Shown: in pieces, positions 26,064 through 39,260 of the stretch
Position numbering within the stretch: the first letter of the stretch is position 1
Layout of the letters: every line of letters begins with the position of its first letter
The notes under the pieces: model-generated
The model's database searches: none
What the model was told of the DNA's origin: nothing
The model's input: the letters and a program-made list of their open reading frames with translations, nothing else
Assembly (NCBI GenBank): GCA_002633005.1
Contig: NMRA01000010.1
Location: forward strand, 1,171,252-1,235,251
Source of the DNA: Phoronis australis
Taxonomy: Eukaryota; Animalia; Phoronida
Direction: 5' to 3'
DNA: 64,000 nt
Translations under genes and position numbers: made by a program

Positions 26064-29000
26064 TGTCAATGTTGGCTATAAAGAGGCACGGTGGCTGAAG
26101 CTCGTCAAATCCTTGAGAAGGTATTGAAGACTGCGTCAGTTATAATCATGTACACCTCGGTAATGCCAGTTCAACTGGAGGTGGGAGATATGAGATTTGT
26201 CTGAGAGCATTTCACATATTTAACAATAGTATTGACCCATTTGCAATTCTACCTAATCTTGTAGTACTGGCGTACATCATTCGCTTTTTTCTGGCTGCAT
26301 CCATTCTAATTTTAGAGACCTCATGAAGGAAACACTTGTTGAAGGATAGACTGTTTCAAATCCAGTAGTGTATTAAATTGGGAGTTTTTAATTACCTCTG
26401 CAGCCATCCTCAGCAGAGTCATCCGCTTGCTTCTCTGTAAATTTTCCACGTAAGGGTGTGTGCAATGATCTCTAAATGAACGCTGCTGTATAGGAATTTC
26501 TTAGGAACATAATTGTTGTGTTGAATGCGTGGAAACTGAATTCCACGTTTTTGCTAATTAAGGATTGTTGACACTATTGTTGTCCACAAAGACACCACAT
26601 ACAGGTGACAGTGATGTAGAGTAACCATATGTACTGTCTCAAACACACTCTACATCCTGAAACCATGAATGGGTTTGTATTTGCATTATTTTTGTTATGT
26701 GTAGTCTTTATTTAAAAGTTAAACACCCAATGTGCTTTTTGATGAATGGACATTATGTGATAAAAATCCAAGTTAAAACTGCCTGTGGTGACATGATTTG
26801 CATGAAATGACCTAACTTTAAACTGTCCAGATAAATGAGGATTGTAGCAGTTGAAGGTACTCAAATAAATGAAAGTGGACTGAGCTCATTCCTAGTGCAG
26901 TTATCATGTTACATAAGGAATGATTATAGTGCCCGGTTGTATGAAACAGTCCCGACGAAGCTCCGCAAATTATTTGCATATTTGTGCCATTTTTACTCAC
27001 AGATATTCTTTAATTTTTCTAACATTCATTTTTATTATGAACTGCTCTTTGGCTGTTGTCATTTTCTAACAATATATATTAACTAAAAACTGAGCCTAGT
27101 TCAATGAAAATAAATTGTCCCTAAATTAGGGGTGTTGAAGAATATTAAAAAGTCAACCTAGAGTTCACTATCGATGTGTATCAAGAGAAAATTAACTTAG
27201 CAATGAAACTAAAACTGCATAAGGGCAATCAGTGTTTTCACAAGTCCACAAACTTGGAGTAGATTCAGGGAACTTCGTGGAGTCCCCATTTGGGACTGTC
27301 ATTCAACTGGCAACAGGCTTTCATTCCCTGGCACAAAATAATCGCGAATTGCAAAGACGCATAAATATTGTTAAGGAAGCTAGTGTGATCAGGTCCTTCC
27401 AATAGGTGGCGCTGTCTTGCGAAGTCTTGCTTTTCATGAAATTCTTGCGTCTATGGAAGATGCATCTGTGCTTTGGTTCTAATGCATGGCATTGTGTTGT
27501 ACAAAATTGCACGAACTTGCCAAGCACATGGGAAACTAGCATGATGGATGAAGACATGGTTAGTCAACATATTAAAAAAATTCCTCTCTAGGAGTTTTAG
27601 TAGATTTTTAAACTGGAGCTTTTCGTTGGGTTAACGCAGTAAACAAGTTTCAAATTTTTTCTCATGGTTGATGTTAAATTGGCTTTAAAATGATGTTGGT
27701 CTATTAATGGAATTTATTGAAGTGAGGTTGTGTTAATTCTGCTTTAATACTCATCATTGATGTAATATGTTCATATTGGGTAATTGTGCTGTATACTGTT
27801 GAATTAAGTTTAAATGGAGTAGTTAGCGTGGTCCTGCAAGCCAATGGCCAAGAGGCTTTAATCTGCCTTTAAAAATCAGAGCGTGGGTTGTAAGCGCAGT
27901 GTAGACCTTTAAAAGGATATTAAACCTGGTTTTGACCTATTTACAGATTATAACGGCCACTTTCTCATGCCTCACTCTAATATTAATTAATGTTCTGAAA
28001 CTCTTGTCAGTCATCAAAAGTTTGGAACTAGTTTGAGTACTCATTACCAAGTCTGCTATACCAGCAAGTGTGACAAATTTAGGCGACTAATGTGGAAATG
28101 ACCACACACCAAGAACCACCTGGCCACACAAAAAGTTAGTGTTTTTGTGGAGAACCGATGAAATGAGACATCAGTGGTTCACTAGCAAGGGACATAACCA
28201 CACAGGGTTTAGTATCCTCTTAAGTTTCTTGTGTTCTCTTGTGGAGTTTAACCTCCGTGTTGGCTATGATTTCAAGTTTCAAAATTTTCACTTTTAAACA
28301 AGGGTGTTAATAGGATACCTGCGTTACCAAGCAGTACTGTAGTGGGGCGTAGGCGCACGTAGGCGCAGCCAACCACCTTTTGGCATTTAAACGTAGCGCC
28401 TACGCCTCGTAAGTTACGAATTCAGTATTCAGTGCTCAAGGTGATACGGTGGACATTGGGCGCCTACTTACCTCTAATTTTACTTCTACAGTACTGTTAC
28501 CAAGAACAATATTTTTTAACTTCATCTGTATTATGACCCATAAAATTATAAATTTCCAAAATCCTTGATGATCAGCGAGTATCATTATATGCGGAAAAGT
28601 AACGCTCAGGTGAGAAAAATCATGTTTGTGGATATTACGATGACTTGTAGAAAAATGGTATTCACGTGCGCATAATAATATTCTAGTGATCATCATAGAT
28701 TTTAAGAACATATAGGTTTTGTTTGTCTACTACTTAAAGTTCGATCTTAGGTTACGATGGTAGCCCAAAATGACGATAATTAAGTTGCCTAGGTAAAACC
28801 ACACAAAAAAAGGTCGCGTTAAATCGTGTTGTAAAGTCTTTAAGGTAAATTTTGTTTTCATATTATTTTGTTATGGAAAAGGTTGAAAGTAATGATCCTT
28901 TTGTTTTGCATTGTGTACTTGTTTATATAATGTATTTTCCAGAGCAGTTTGGGGATGCTCTTGAGCCTCACTATGCCTTGAATTATTACAGCTCTACGTG

Positions 29001-29639
29001 ACGAAATGTGCTATTGGTGGAGATTTTTCTTCCTGTATTTTTGTTAAAAATGTTGACAAAATACAATTTCTCTGTGTCTCCATATTGTGTTTAAATTTAA
29101 AAGCCGTTATCTTGGGCGATGCTGTTGCCTATGGTGCACGCCAGTTAACTGCCACGTTCAAAGATTCAGCTTATGAATCGTATTCCTGATCACCTGAGCT
29201 TGTTAGATTATCTGATGGTTTATTTAATAGGTGGAGCCTATAATCTTGGTGGTTAAGATCGGCAATCGTAAAAGTTTATTCCAGACACAATCTGCAAAAT
29301 TGAAACGTAACGTATCAATCGGCACAAGACAGGAATTCAGCGTCCTTTTAAATCGCGAATAACGGTCTCTCTGGCCTGGGAATTGTGATTGGTTCATTAG
29401 GTATCGCCTATACAGTTGGGTCAGTTATGGACGCGATAGCAAGACATATTCCTGTAGGCTTCGTCAGAAACATTGATAAAGCAATAGAGTTAGATGCCGG
29501 CATAATTTATTTCAGTTCAATAAAGCAAGTCGCATGTTACAGAAGTAACAAGTGAAATGGATAGCATGTTCGACTAAGTACCAGAAAGCTGACCACAGGA
29601 ACACAGAGTGTGTGCACAACCACTTTGATTTTGGCCCTT

Positions 29640-30004
29640 GGGAACCGTATAAGGGAGCAAAATGTGAGCTAGATGAGATATTCTAAACGGTACCGGCCAA
29701 AACTGAGACAAGGTCGTTAAAAACAAATGGAACGTTGTATTTAACAAAACTGGTCTCTAAGTAAATTTGATGCCGAGAGGTTCTGGCGGCACCTTTCCAG
29801 GCTCCGGCGCTGGTTCCGGCCCTACGTGCCGCTAGGGTAGCCACCAAGCGGCACGCAGGGAACCAGCGAGCTTTGCTTGTTGCAATTTGTCGTAGGTCAT
29901 CCGGTGCTCAGTGAGGCACGACTGTTCATTTAAAAGAATTTTGGCCGGTACCTCGAATATCTTATCTGGCTCAGTTTTCGACCCATCTAAGATTGCTAGG
30001 TTCC
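29640..30004. mobile_element. MITE-like element with inverted ends
   Basis: gagctagatgagatattc...ggtaccggccaaaa (~29666-29702) vs ttttggccggtacctcgaatatcttatctggctc (~29939-29971); weaker pairing extends outward. Confidence 0.6.
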
Positions 30005-30151
30005 ACAGTCAGAGCACAGGCACCGGGAGACATTCACTGCTGTCATACTGGAAAGGATTATAAGTGTTCCTGTGAGACGGTGGCACCTCTTTCTTCTATG
30101 CTAAGTGCTAAATGGTTGCCGGGCTATAACATCACTTGCTAGGAGACTACT

Positions 30152-32696
30152 TCACCGGTAAACTGTGGGAGAGTAAACTGAGGAAATCACAATGTTGAAG
30201 TCTTCGCCAATGGTCTGCGTTTCGTGAAACCAATTTGACGTCTTCAGGAACACTGAAAATAAAAACAAACCAAAATAAGAAGTAAAACGATAAAGCTCAA
30301 GTAGGTCTACCTTCGTCTACACAAAACCACTGCTCATTCGCTTCCATTCCATGGACTACCAGGTTGAGAGTCGCGCGCGTGAACCATCATTTGAATTCAA
30401 AACCCGGCAATCGGCCATCCAAAAATGTTTTACTAGTAAGTGCCGGACAGAAAATAATGAGCTCAAACGATCGGATATTTAAAATAAGTGTAACTCCTAA
30501 TATATGACATATCAATGAATCTTCAACAGAAATTCCCGAGACACCCATTTTGTACGAAACCGTACGAGAGTGTACTCACAGACTTGTCCCGGTTCGACTA
30601 TCGTTTCCATCAGGTAGGATTTACAGTGAAAATAACACTCCGGTGGCGGCTGCAGGGTCCACTTCTTTCTCCCACGAAGCTGAGCTTGCCAGTAGAGTTG
30701 TATGCGATCAATCTGTGAGGGTTTGAACAATTACTCCGAGTACTGTAATCTATGGTGAATCAAATGGGACTTCCAAATTTATGCTAATTTACCGGTGAAG
30801 CAGTGGAGTCACTAAAGGCGGCGCATTTGCGGAAACGTTTATTTTTATTCGATTGAACTCAGTTGTTTCGGACAATCAACTAATCTTCACCGGCGGTTAC
30901 TCGGCATTGAGAAATGGTAGTAGGAGCTACCATGACCCGGAAGGAATCTCCAAGACATGCCACCAATGGGTTACACTTGAGGGGTAAATAGAATCAGGAA
31001 ACCAAAATATTGGTTGACGGACTTTCCATAATTCCGATCTCTGAAACGTCAGAACGGTGTAATGAAATTCAAGTGCCCACAAAATATACCGGTTGCTGCC
31101 AATTTTTCAAAAGATTCAATCTTGTTCTTATGTTCAAGGATACGTTCTCGTATTTTAACACGACAACATAAAAATGTTCCAGGCTAATCCCGATAAACAG
31201 AGTGCAGAGCCTTTCAATTAAGAGATAAAAAGAACCCAGCGAAAGTGATCAACGTCTTACGTGATTTAACATGGTGTACGATCTGCTCATGGCGAACCAA
31301 TAACGATTAGGTTGGTTTCTGTTCTCCAGGAAATAAGGCAGACGATACTGACTCCCAATGATTGACTGCGTCTTCCAATCACATTCACCCCTAGAAGTAA
31401 ATGACACAAAAACCGGTGGGTTCATAACGAACCCGGCCGTAATGGAAGCGTAACATACGTGTGCCGTAAAGTTGTCACAAGAGAAGTGAGTTCCACTCGT
31501 TTCTATTGCGTCCAGACTGTCTCTAAACCGGCCGGGTAGCGACAAATCGTTCTAGGGGTAACTTGCCCTAGCCTGGATAAGTCTGTGTGTTGACATGCAG
31601 CACTATACTCAAGCGTATTATTATACACTTAGCTAGCAGTAGTGGTGCTTGGAGCGAAATTAAAGACAACGAGCATATACAATACAATACAATAAAATAG
31701 AATACATATATAAAGCACTAAAATGCGGATGTAGGCCTACCATCTGTGTTCAGAGTGATTTGGTAGCGCAGACTGCACAATCGTCCTAACCTTATGGCAG
31801 TAAGAAAACTAAACAACGCATACTTAGACCATGTGCACATGCGTCCAAGCAGTTTCAGGAGAAAAGCGAGGACAGATTTTAAAACAAAAGTAGATGTGAA
31901 GCGAAAAGTATGAAAATAGGCCACGAAAAGACTTTTAGGCAGTAGAATGAGTCGAACAGTGACGGCACAAAAATACGCCGCAGTGGCCAGATGAAAAATT
32001 GGGCGCAAGAGTGGTTATATGCGGCAGGATGACTTACCAGCCCACATACCACCGATGATTCTTACTATTAAGTCTATCTTCACCATAATGTATCAATGCT
32101 TCTTCAGGTTCTTGAAATCCAGTATTTATGCGAGCTAAGGCGCACCTCTCTTTCACAGTTCTATTGGGGCGGTTCTTTGCCTCCACGAATATCTCCTTAA
32201 TGATGTCATAGTTATCAGAAATTCCACCGTGCCAATCTTTTTGCCCGTCGACAATGACAACAGGTCGCCCCGTCTTCACAAACTTTTCTTCAAAATCAGT
32301 CTTGGAAATATTCGAGATCTTGACAATTTCACCAACGTTTCGACAAAATTCACAGTTCGAAACATGAGGACGCGCAACTTCTAGCGAAACGGCGCACCGA
32401 TCATTCGAAAAGAATGGATAAACCACAGGTCGAAACAAAGTCAGGATTGCAGTAGACAAGCCTACAGATGACGGGTTTAACTTCGAGACAATCAAAAAAA
32501 CGGACAAGCTAATCACAACAAAAGCGAAAAAGCGATGCATATGGAAACCCTTTGGTGAATTGGACACCTTACTACTCATGACGGCCCGGACACTATCCAA
32601 ACTCGACAGCTCTCGAACATCTAGTCCGATTCCCGAAGCCCGGAGTTCAATTGTTTTAAACGAAATGAACGACTCAAAACGGTCACTACTCATCAT
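30152..32696 (-). CDS. Membrane-anchored JmjC/cupin-like (JMJD8-related) protein, ~340 aa
   Basis: Exons 32696-32038, 31390-31261, 30712-30580, 30252-30152, phase-compatible, 1023 nt. Hydrophobic anchor FFAFVVISLSVFLIV; ISKTDFEEKFVKTGRPVVIVDGQKDW; WYVGW; NHID; WQAQLRGRKKWTL; VEPGQV; NWFHET. Start Met uncertain. Confidence 0.85.
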
Positions 32697-33787
32697 TTGT
32701 GTTATAACCAGTTCGCATGAGAACGTTTTCTCTGAAATTCACCGTCCAGACTGACAACAGGCTACCCACATATTCTAAGTCTAATAAACGAGCTGAAGTT
32801 GAATTATAATCACGACCACACGGATGCATGAAACAGAAAAGATACGGGCGTAAATTAATGCGAGTGCGATAACATGAGTAGAGCATGATCTGAACAGACA
32901 GTTGGTGGACCACACTGGGTGGATACATTTTACATCCTAAGCATGACACTCTGTTGGGGTCCTCAGGCGCATTGGTTGCTAGAGAGATCCTTCACAATTT
33001 AGACTCCGAAAATAGCACCGTAAGGACTAAAATCCTCTTTTATGGCACCCAATAAAAAGACAGACTGACCATACTCAAATGCATGCACTCGAAAAAGTGA
33101 GGGTTCGGTTATTTCCTCCTAATTTCCAAGAAATTGAGGACATGGAGTGTTTCAACCATACCGAGTACGAGTTCAGAAGGGAAATTGCCAACAATCTTCC
33201 TGTTTGAGGTTAGATTTCTGTTCACGTGATGAGATGTCATGATTTTAATTAAAAAATACTAGCCAGAAATCGAGACACAAATGAATGACTTAAAAGTAGT
33301 GCTCCAGTGTTAGGATTCCCAATTACGACTCAAAATAAACAATCAATTCTCATAAACTTGCCTCGAAATTTCCCTTACCATGAAGTGAAACATCAGGCCC
33401 ATAGCCAGTATTGCGTGGGGGGATGGTTGGAATTTCTAGAACGGTGGACCTTTGATAATCTGCAAATGTAAAAGGCAATGGGCGCAGCTTAATTAGGGAG
33501 AAGGGAAATCGGTATACACAAAAATGTCTCTTAGTCTATGTTTCTGTTCTAATACCAGAAATGAGACGGTTGCATGTGCGCACCCAGCCTAAAAAATGGG
33601 GGAGCACAAATTTTTGAGCAGAATGGCTTGACGCCAATTTTTTATCTAGTTGTGGTTTTGTGTGTTGCTTAAGGTGCCTACATCGCTGGAAATGCGAACA
33701 GCCCACAATTCCGAAGGTTCACAACTTCAAAGGTTCACTACTCCGAGAAAGTTCTCTACTCTGAGAATCTATAAAGTTTCGGACTCA

Positions 33788-33937
33788 CAGTGACGGATTT
33801 ATGGGGGGAAAGGGGACCGTGCCCCCCTAAAATTCTTCTAGATTCCATTTGGCAGTTCGGAGGTGCGAATGGCTGACGGCTAAAATCCTGACACTCCGCC
33901 CTGGCCCCCTTAACTCAAAATACCGGATCCGTCCCTG
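33788..33937. mobile_element. MITE of the CAKRGGCGGATCC family, 5-bp TSD
   Basis: cagtgacggattt...ggatccgtccctg; TSD ACTCA at 33783-87 and 33938-42. Interior matches a fragment at ~3160-3245. Confidence 0.75.
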
Positions 33938-35017
33938 ACTCAGGTGTAATTTTTAAACTTTTACATGCAAAAACAACAGATATTTCAGTTGAGATGCACT
34001 GAGTATTGTACCCGACCGAAAACAACGTCCGGGTAGTACTAAAGCACTTTGTTTGGATTTCATGCACATGCGAAATAGCCCGCATGTCTTACGAATACGG
34101 AAAAATCAGTACACACTGGCATTATTAAAAGAACATGAAGTAGGAATATTGATCAAATTACCAACCACGATACATTCATCAAATCCATGTCAAGATCGCA
34201 TTATTTCACAGCGCGACGGAACCGTAAAGGGCCGTTTCGCCTCAATCTCACCCACCGGAACCACGCGCACGGCCGGGTTGAAACTAAATGTACTTAATAG
34301 GCTATCGTGTCCCTGCCAGTCTTCGCGAAATAAGCTAGAGCCCCATTCAGTCTTCTTAAAATTAAAACCGCCGTTGGTCCCCGCAACACTGACCCGTGCC
34401 CGCGATGTCCCAGCTTGGGAATGAGTCGTTAGATTCAAGAATCACGATTGGCAGTGATTGGAACTGGGCTCATTTGTAAACAACGTAATCAACGTTTTTA
34501 GAACTATTGAGTTCTTCCCTGCATACAATACTATATATTCATGTTAGTTCCGACTCATTAGCACACAATAAGATTAATGAATTTCGGAGTTCTGATTTCG
34601 GAGTATGTGGATATTCGAAGAAGTGAACTTTCGAAGGTTGCGAACCTTCAGGATAGTCAGATCCTGCTGACTAAGTAGTGGACCTTCAGAGTAGTGTACC
34701 ATCGGAATAGTAACGGGTAACCTTGGAAATATTCTCTATCAAGTTTGTTGCTCGTATGAAGTCTTCGAGGTTGTGCGCCATTGATACTGATTGGCAAGAG
34801 AAGACTTTCTTCACTGACCGACGTTTTTATTACGTATAGACCTACTTATCCCTAATAATGTGAACGTGGTCGTCGGGGTTTTCTCAGTGCAAGAAAACAC
34901 GGTAGTTAACAGTGTTTTTTTGAGCGACGACGGAAGACTGCCTATATAGTGAACTTACCGTCGGCATGTATTGAATTTTAACACGTACGCCTGTCAACCC
35001 ACCAATCCACAATCAAA

Positions 35018-35303
35018 GAGGGGGCGGATCCAGGATTTTAAGTTAAGGGGAGGCAGGGCACGAGAATAACCAGAATTTCGGCAGATGCGCGCGGCGCCAG
35101 GCTAAATTGTGGGGACGCAGAGGCCTCGAATGCGGACCTGTTAACTAAAAAAAAACGGTAAACGGGGTTTGTTCAGGACCTACGCGTTGTTTATACACCC
35201 CCGACGAGCCCCTGCTTGCGCGCACCCGAACTCCCAAATGGTATCTGGTAGATTTTTAGGTGGGGCAATGCCCCCTTTGCCCCCCCCCCTAAATCCGCCA
35301 CGG
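35018..35303. mobile_element. MITE of the CAKRGGCGGATCC family (degenerate ends)
   Basis: ggggcggatccagg...taaatccgcca; interior 3' part resembles the 33788 copy in reverse. Confidence 0.6.
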
Positions 35304-38063
35304 ATAAACAATATATCTGACGATCACTTTCAATTCGAAATTCGAAAATGCCTGCACTTTACTGTATTATGTCAGAAAATATACCGAAATAGCAGATAAC
35401 AAACCTATGTTCTGTTGTTTTGTTTCTTGGTCTATTTTAAGGCATTCACATCGCATAGCTTTGTAGCGAGATCTCTCGCTGCTATATAGCTTAGCTACGT
35501 TTGGACATTTTCTTCTAGACCCCCTCGTTACCTCATGGTGTAGCCACCACGCGCGTTCAATGCCGATGAATAACATTAAGCCTCAGCTAATCGTGTGCAC
35601 GATCCTGTCATCTACGCAAACACCACTCGGGCGAAGTTGGCCGGGAAAGGCCCGATGATTGTGTGAAGCACTTTGAATCAGAAGCAAGTTCAAAAATTAT
35701 TACTTAGTTACATGTACCATTGTTCGAGCCCCCCCCCCTAAACCCCCTGGCTACGGGCCGGACATGACGCCCCGTTTTTGACCGGTTAAGACACCTCAAC
35801 ACTAAAGACACACTGCACTTGCAGCCGCTCCAAATAATATGAAGTCAGTCGTGGTAACCTCACTTATTTCGCATACAAATAATTGCATAAATTGTCAATT
35901 TTCAAAGGCTGACTATTGTCCTGTAAATAATGGAAATTTTACTAAAACTTGTTTATGACATCTACAGTATAAACCCTGTTAGCAATAGACTAAAATTTTC
36001 CAAGTTGCTATTTTTGTTGAGAAGTTCTACAAAATAGAATTTCACTGGTCAGCCACGTTGCGTCATTGCTAAATAAGCGAGGTATAGGTTAAAAACATCG
36101 TTTTTTATTTGTGTAACCGGTTCAGGTAATATATGGATTCGGGTCATGTTGAACGTTTCACACAGGAACAGAAATTGTACGTATTGCACACATGTGCTCA
36201 ACTAATCTTTATATCATGAATGTGATCCATGGAAAGGCACCCTAAACATGCCTCTTAAAATTTCAGATTGAAGCCATGTTTCTAAAACGGAAACATCAAT
36301 GCTGAAGTCGGTCATTTTGTGACTTGCAGTTTAAATACCTTAAAACAATTTAATTGGATTGCAACACAATTGAGCTATTATAATTAATTCTTCAGATATT
36401 CAAAACAAATCAACCATGTCAACTATTCAGTAGCCTCTTGTTTGGAATGGACACTTGATATTGAATTCAGAACACTTCTACCCTTGTTATACTTGATATA
36501 TTGTCTTCTGTTTTGATTATATCTGTTTATTAGTACCAGATGAGAGCATTGAAATGCTGTTGTATTTAACCACTTTGCCTGTGTTTGACTTATCATCCGC
36601 TGCATTAGTCACAATTCCCCTGCTTAATGTTATGATGGAGATGAAACGGATAGGCGTATTATTAGCTTTACAATGATGTATAACACGTGGCAAACATTAT
36701 CGAAGTGGTTTAGTTTTTATTAGAAGTGTGTACATGTATGCCGAGTTCCTATTGAACTTGACCTAAAAATAACCAAGCAGCAGGTATAGCCGCTGTTCAT
36801 AGTGTATAGCATTACAAGGGTTCACACACTGCACTCCGTCAACAAGTGTCCGATCACTCTACAAATTCAATTTTTGCCTGTCATTTAAAATCGGTTAAAA
36901 AACTGAATTCTTAACAAAAAGTCGACTCCGATTGGGGTTAAAGAGAAAATTTTGCGGACAAACGCCCCACTATCTGGACACTCGGCACCAGAATTTGTAA
37001 ACCAAATAAACGCCCATGGGTGTTCATTTGGCATAATTTTTGAATAAATGCCCACAGTAGTTTCATCAGATGGGCTTATCTAAGGAGAATCCCAGAATTG
37101 ATTTTTTCAGTTCATTTTTGAATACCTGCTGGTGTTCACCACTAAGTCTAGCAGAACAGAATCATTTCTTATACGAGAAGGTTAGGCATAATATTGAAAT
37201 AACAAAAATATAGGCTTGTGATCTAGAAATGGTATCTATTTAGTTGCACCAGTGGATTTATGAAATTGCTCTGAAGACCAAAACTTGTGATGAGCAGAAA
37301 GATTATCTTCAATACAAATGTGAAAGACCAAATCTATGACCAAATAAAAACCATATATTTATAAATATTTCATAATGACAAAATGTAAATCACAATGATC
37401 ACAGTCTGCAAGTACAGTGCCATTCTTGACACAACCACATTGTCGCAGGAACAAATTAACAGACACGAGTGAACTGTTAAAAAGTCAGTTTTACTACAAT
37501 TAGTCCACAGAGCAGGAGAAAAATTAGATGGCAATGACCTACTTGTTAGCATGAGAATGACACAAAATGAAAGAAAATTATCTCAACACCTAAGATCAGT
37601 TTTAAGATGACTGAGAAGTTCACGAACCTGTAAGGTCCTGGTTTATCAAACCTCGCACACAACCCATGCCTACAAACCACCATGACATTGCAGATCAGAT
37701 CACTGAACTCATCACTACCTGTCAGTTTAAAATACATTACAACTGGGCACAAGCGAATAAATAACTTGTAGATTGAAGGTTTCCTCAGTGTCTCCATTGT
37801 TGAAGCGTTTCACAGCCTATGTGATATCAACATTCAGAGCTATTTCAAAGCTGACAATAGGTGACATATACTCTCAAAGCAATGTCGTATGTGTAATCAA
37901 AGGCATCACACAACGAGAAATTGTAGATTTCTCACGTGACTTCTTTCATTTCAGTTCCCGGAGCGACTTCAGGAACAACTACAGTGCTGCAGACCAAATA
38001 ATGTCCCATCATTAGATACGTGCCTGGCCTCACCTCCATGTACTGACCATGAGATTGACAGAC

Positions 38064-39260
38064 TAAACCAATGGTAACCGATGACCTGAAGAGATCCTCC
38101 TACTTTTTCCTTTTCCTTTTAGCTTTTGACTTTAAACCAGCAAACTGGAAGCTTTTTAAGGGATCAGATTGCATCTTCTGTAAACAGAACACAAGTTTCT
38201 ATAGTTGTTAGCAGTAGAGTTTGATCGGCTAACCAGACATAATGGCCACCGTGAAAAGTAGCGGAGAATAATGCGGTTGACTACACAAGACAAAACTGGG
38301 AGGTATAGGTCAATGTTCACAGCATTAGACTGCACCAACATGAACAAAAGACTAATGTTTTGATGCATCAGCAACATATGGAAATAGCACTGACAGCATA
38401 GCATTAAAAGGGAAAGCAAACGCTTTCAAGTTGCCTGCACTGAAAAAAATACCAGGTAAGGTAAAAAAGCAGGAGATTCTAGTCTTCAACTACCTTGAGC
38501 ACCTTACAGGGGATCAGATTAACACTACATTTGCCCGCTCATTTTGAACTCACTTTTGTCATTGTGGAGGTTCAGTCATGTTATGTTAGTCTCGATGTCA
38601 CAGTCTGAACAGGAATACATGCTGCATAAGTTTGGTTTGGACCTTCAAAGTCATTGTATATNTAAACCAATGGTAACCGATGACCTGAAGAGATCCTCCT
38701 ACTTTTTCCTTTTCCTTTTAGCTTTTGACTTTAAACCAGCAAACTGGAAGCTTTTTAAGGGATCAGATTGCATCTTCTGTAAACAGAACACAAGTTTCTA
38801 TAGTTGTTAGCAGTAGAGTTTGATCGGCTAACCAGACATAATGGCCACCGTGAAAAGTAGCGGAGAATAATGCGGTTGACTACACAAGACAAAACTGGGA
38901 GGTATTGGTCAATGTTCACAGCATTAGACTGCACCAACATGAACAAAAGACTAATGTTTTGATGCATCAGCAACATATGGAAATAGCACTGACAGCATAG
39001 CATTAAAAGGGAAAGCAAACGCTCTCAAGTTGCCTGCACTGAAAAAAATACCAGGTAAGGTAAAAAAGCAGGAGATTCTAGTCTTCAACCACCTTGAGCA
39101 CCTTACAGGGGATCAGATTAACACTACATTTGCCCGCTCATTTTGAACTCACTTTTGTCATTGTTGAGGTTCAGTCATGTTATGTTAGTCTCGATGTCAC
39201 AGTCTGAGCAGGAATACATGCTGCATAAGTTTGGTTTTGACCTTCAAAGTCATTGTATAT
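38064..39260. repeat. 598-bp direct duplication separated by a single N (probable allelic overlap/assembly artefact)
   Basis: 38064-38661 and 38663-39260 are near-identical (about six substitutions seen); N at 38662. Duplicates the DDX56 terminal coding exon. Confidence 0.9.

Larger units (their letters stand above)
33394..35760. mobile_element. Putative composite TIR element containing nested MITEs
   Basis: Outer ends caggcccatagccag / ctggctacgggccg are inverted. Inside are inverted arrays of a ~17-bp unit (gaaggttcactactcc, ~33700-33780 vs ~34585-34722) and two GGCGGATCC-family MITEs. Confidence 0.5.

Noticed and set aside
30100-30154. Selenocysteine read-through at the JmjC gene TGA
   Set aside because: The domain is complete before the TGA and no convincing SECIS was seen downstream.
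38955-39000. C/D snoRNA end (CTGATGCA on minus strand; similar at ~40152-40165)
   Set aside because: D box and stem-like end are present but there is no C box at a suitable distance and no recognisable guide.
38156-39018. Two paralogous 87-aa ORFs in the ORF track
   Set aside because: They are intronic read-through frames inside the artefact-like duplication; the real coding part is the 26-codon DDX56 last exon in another frame.
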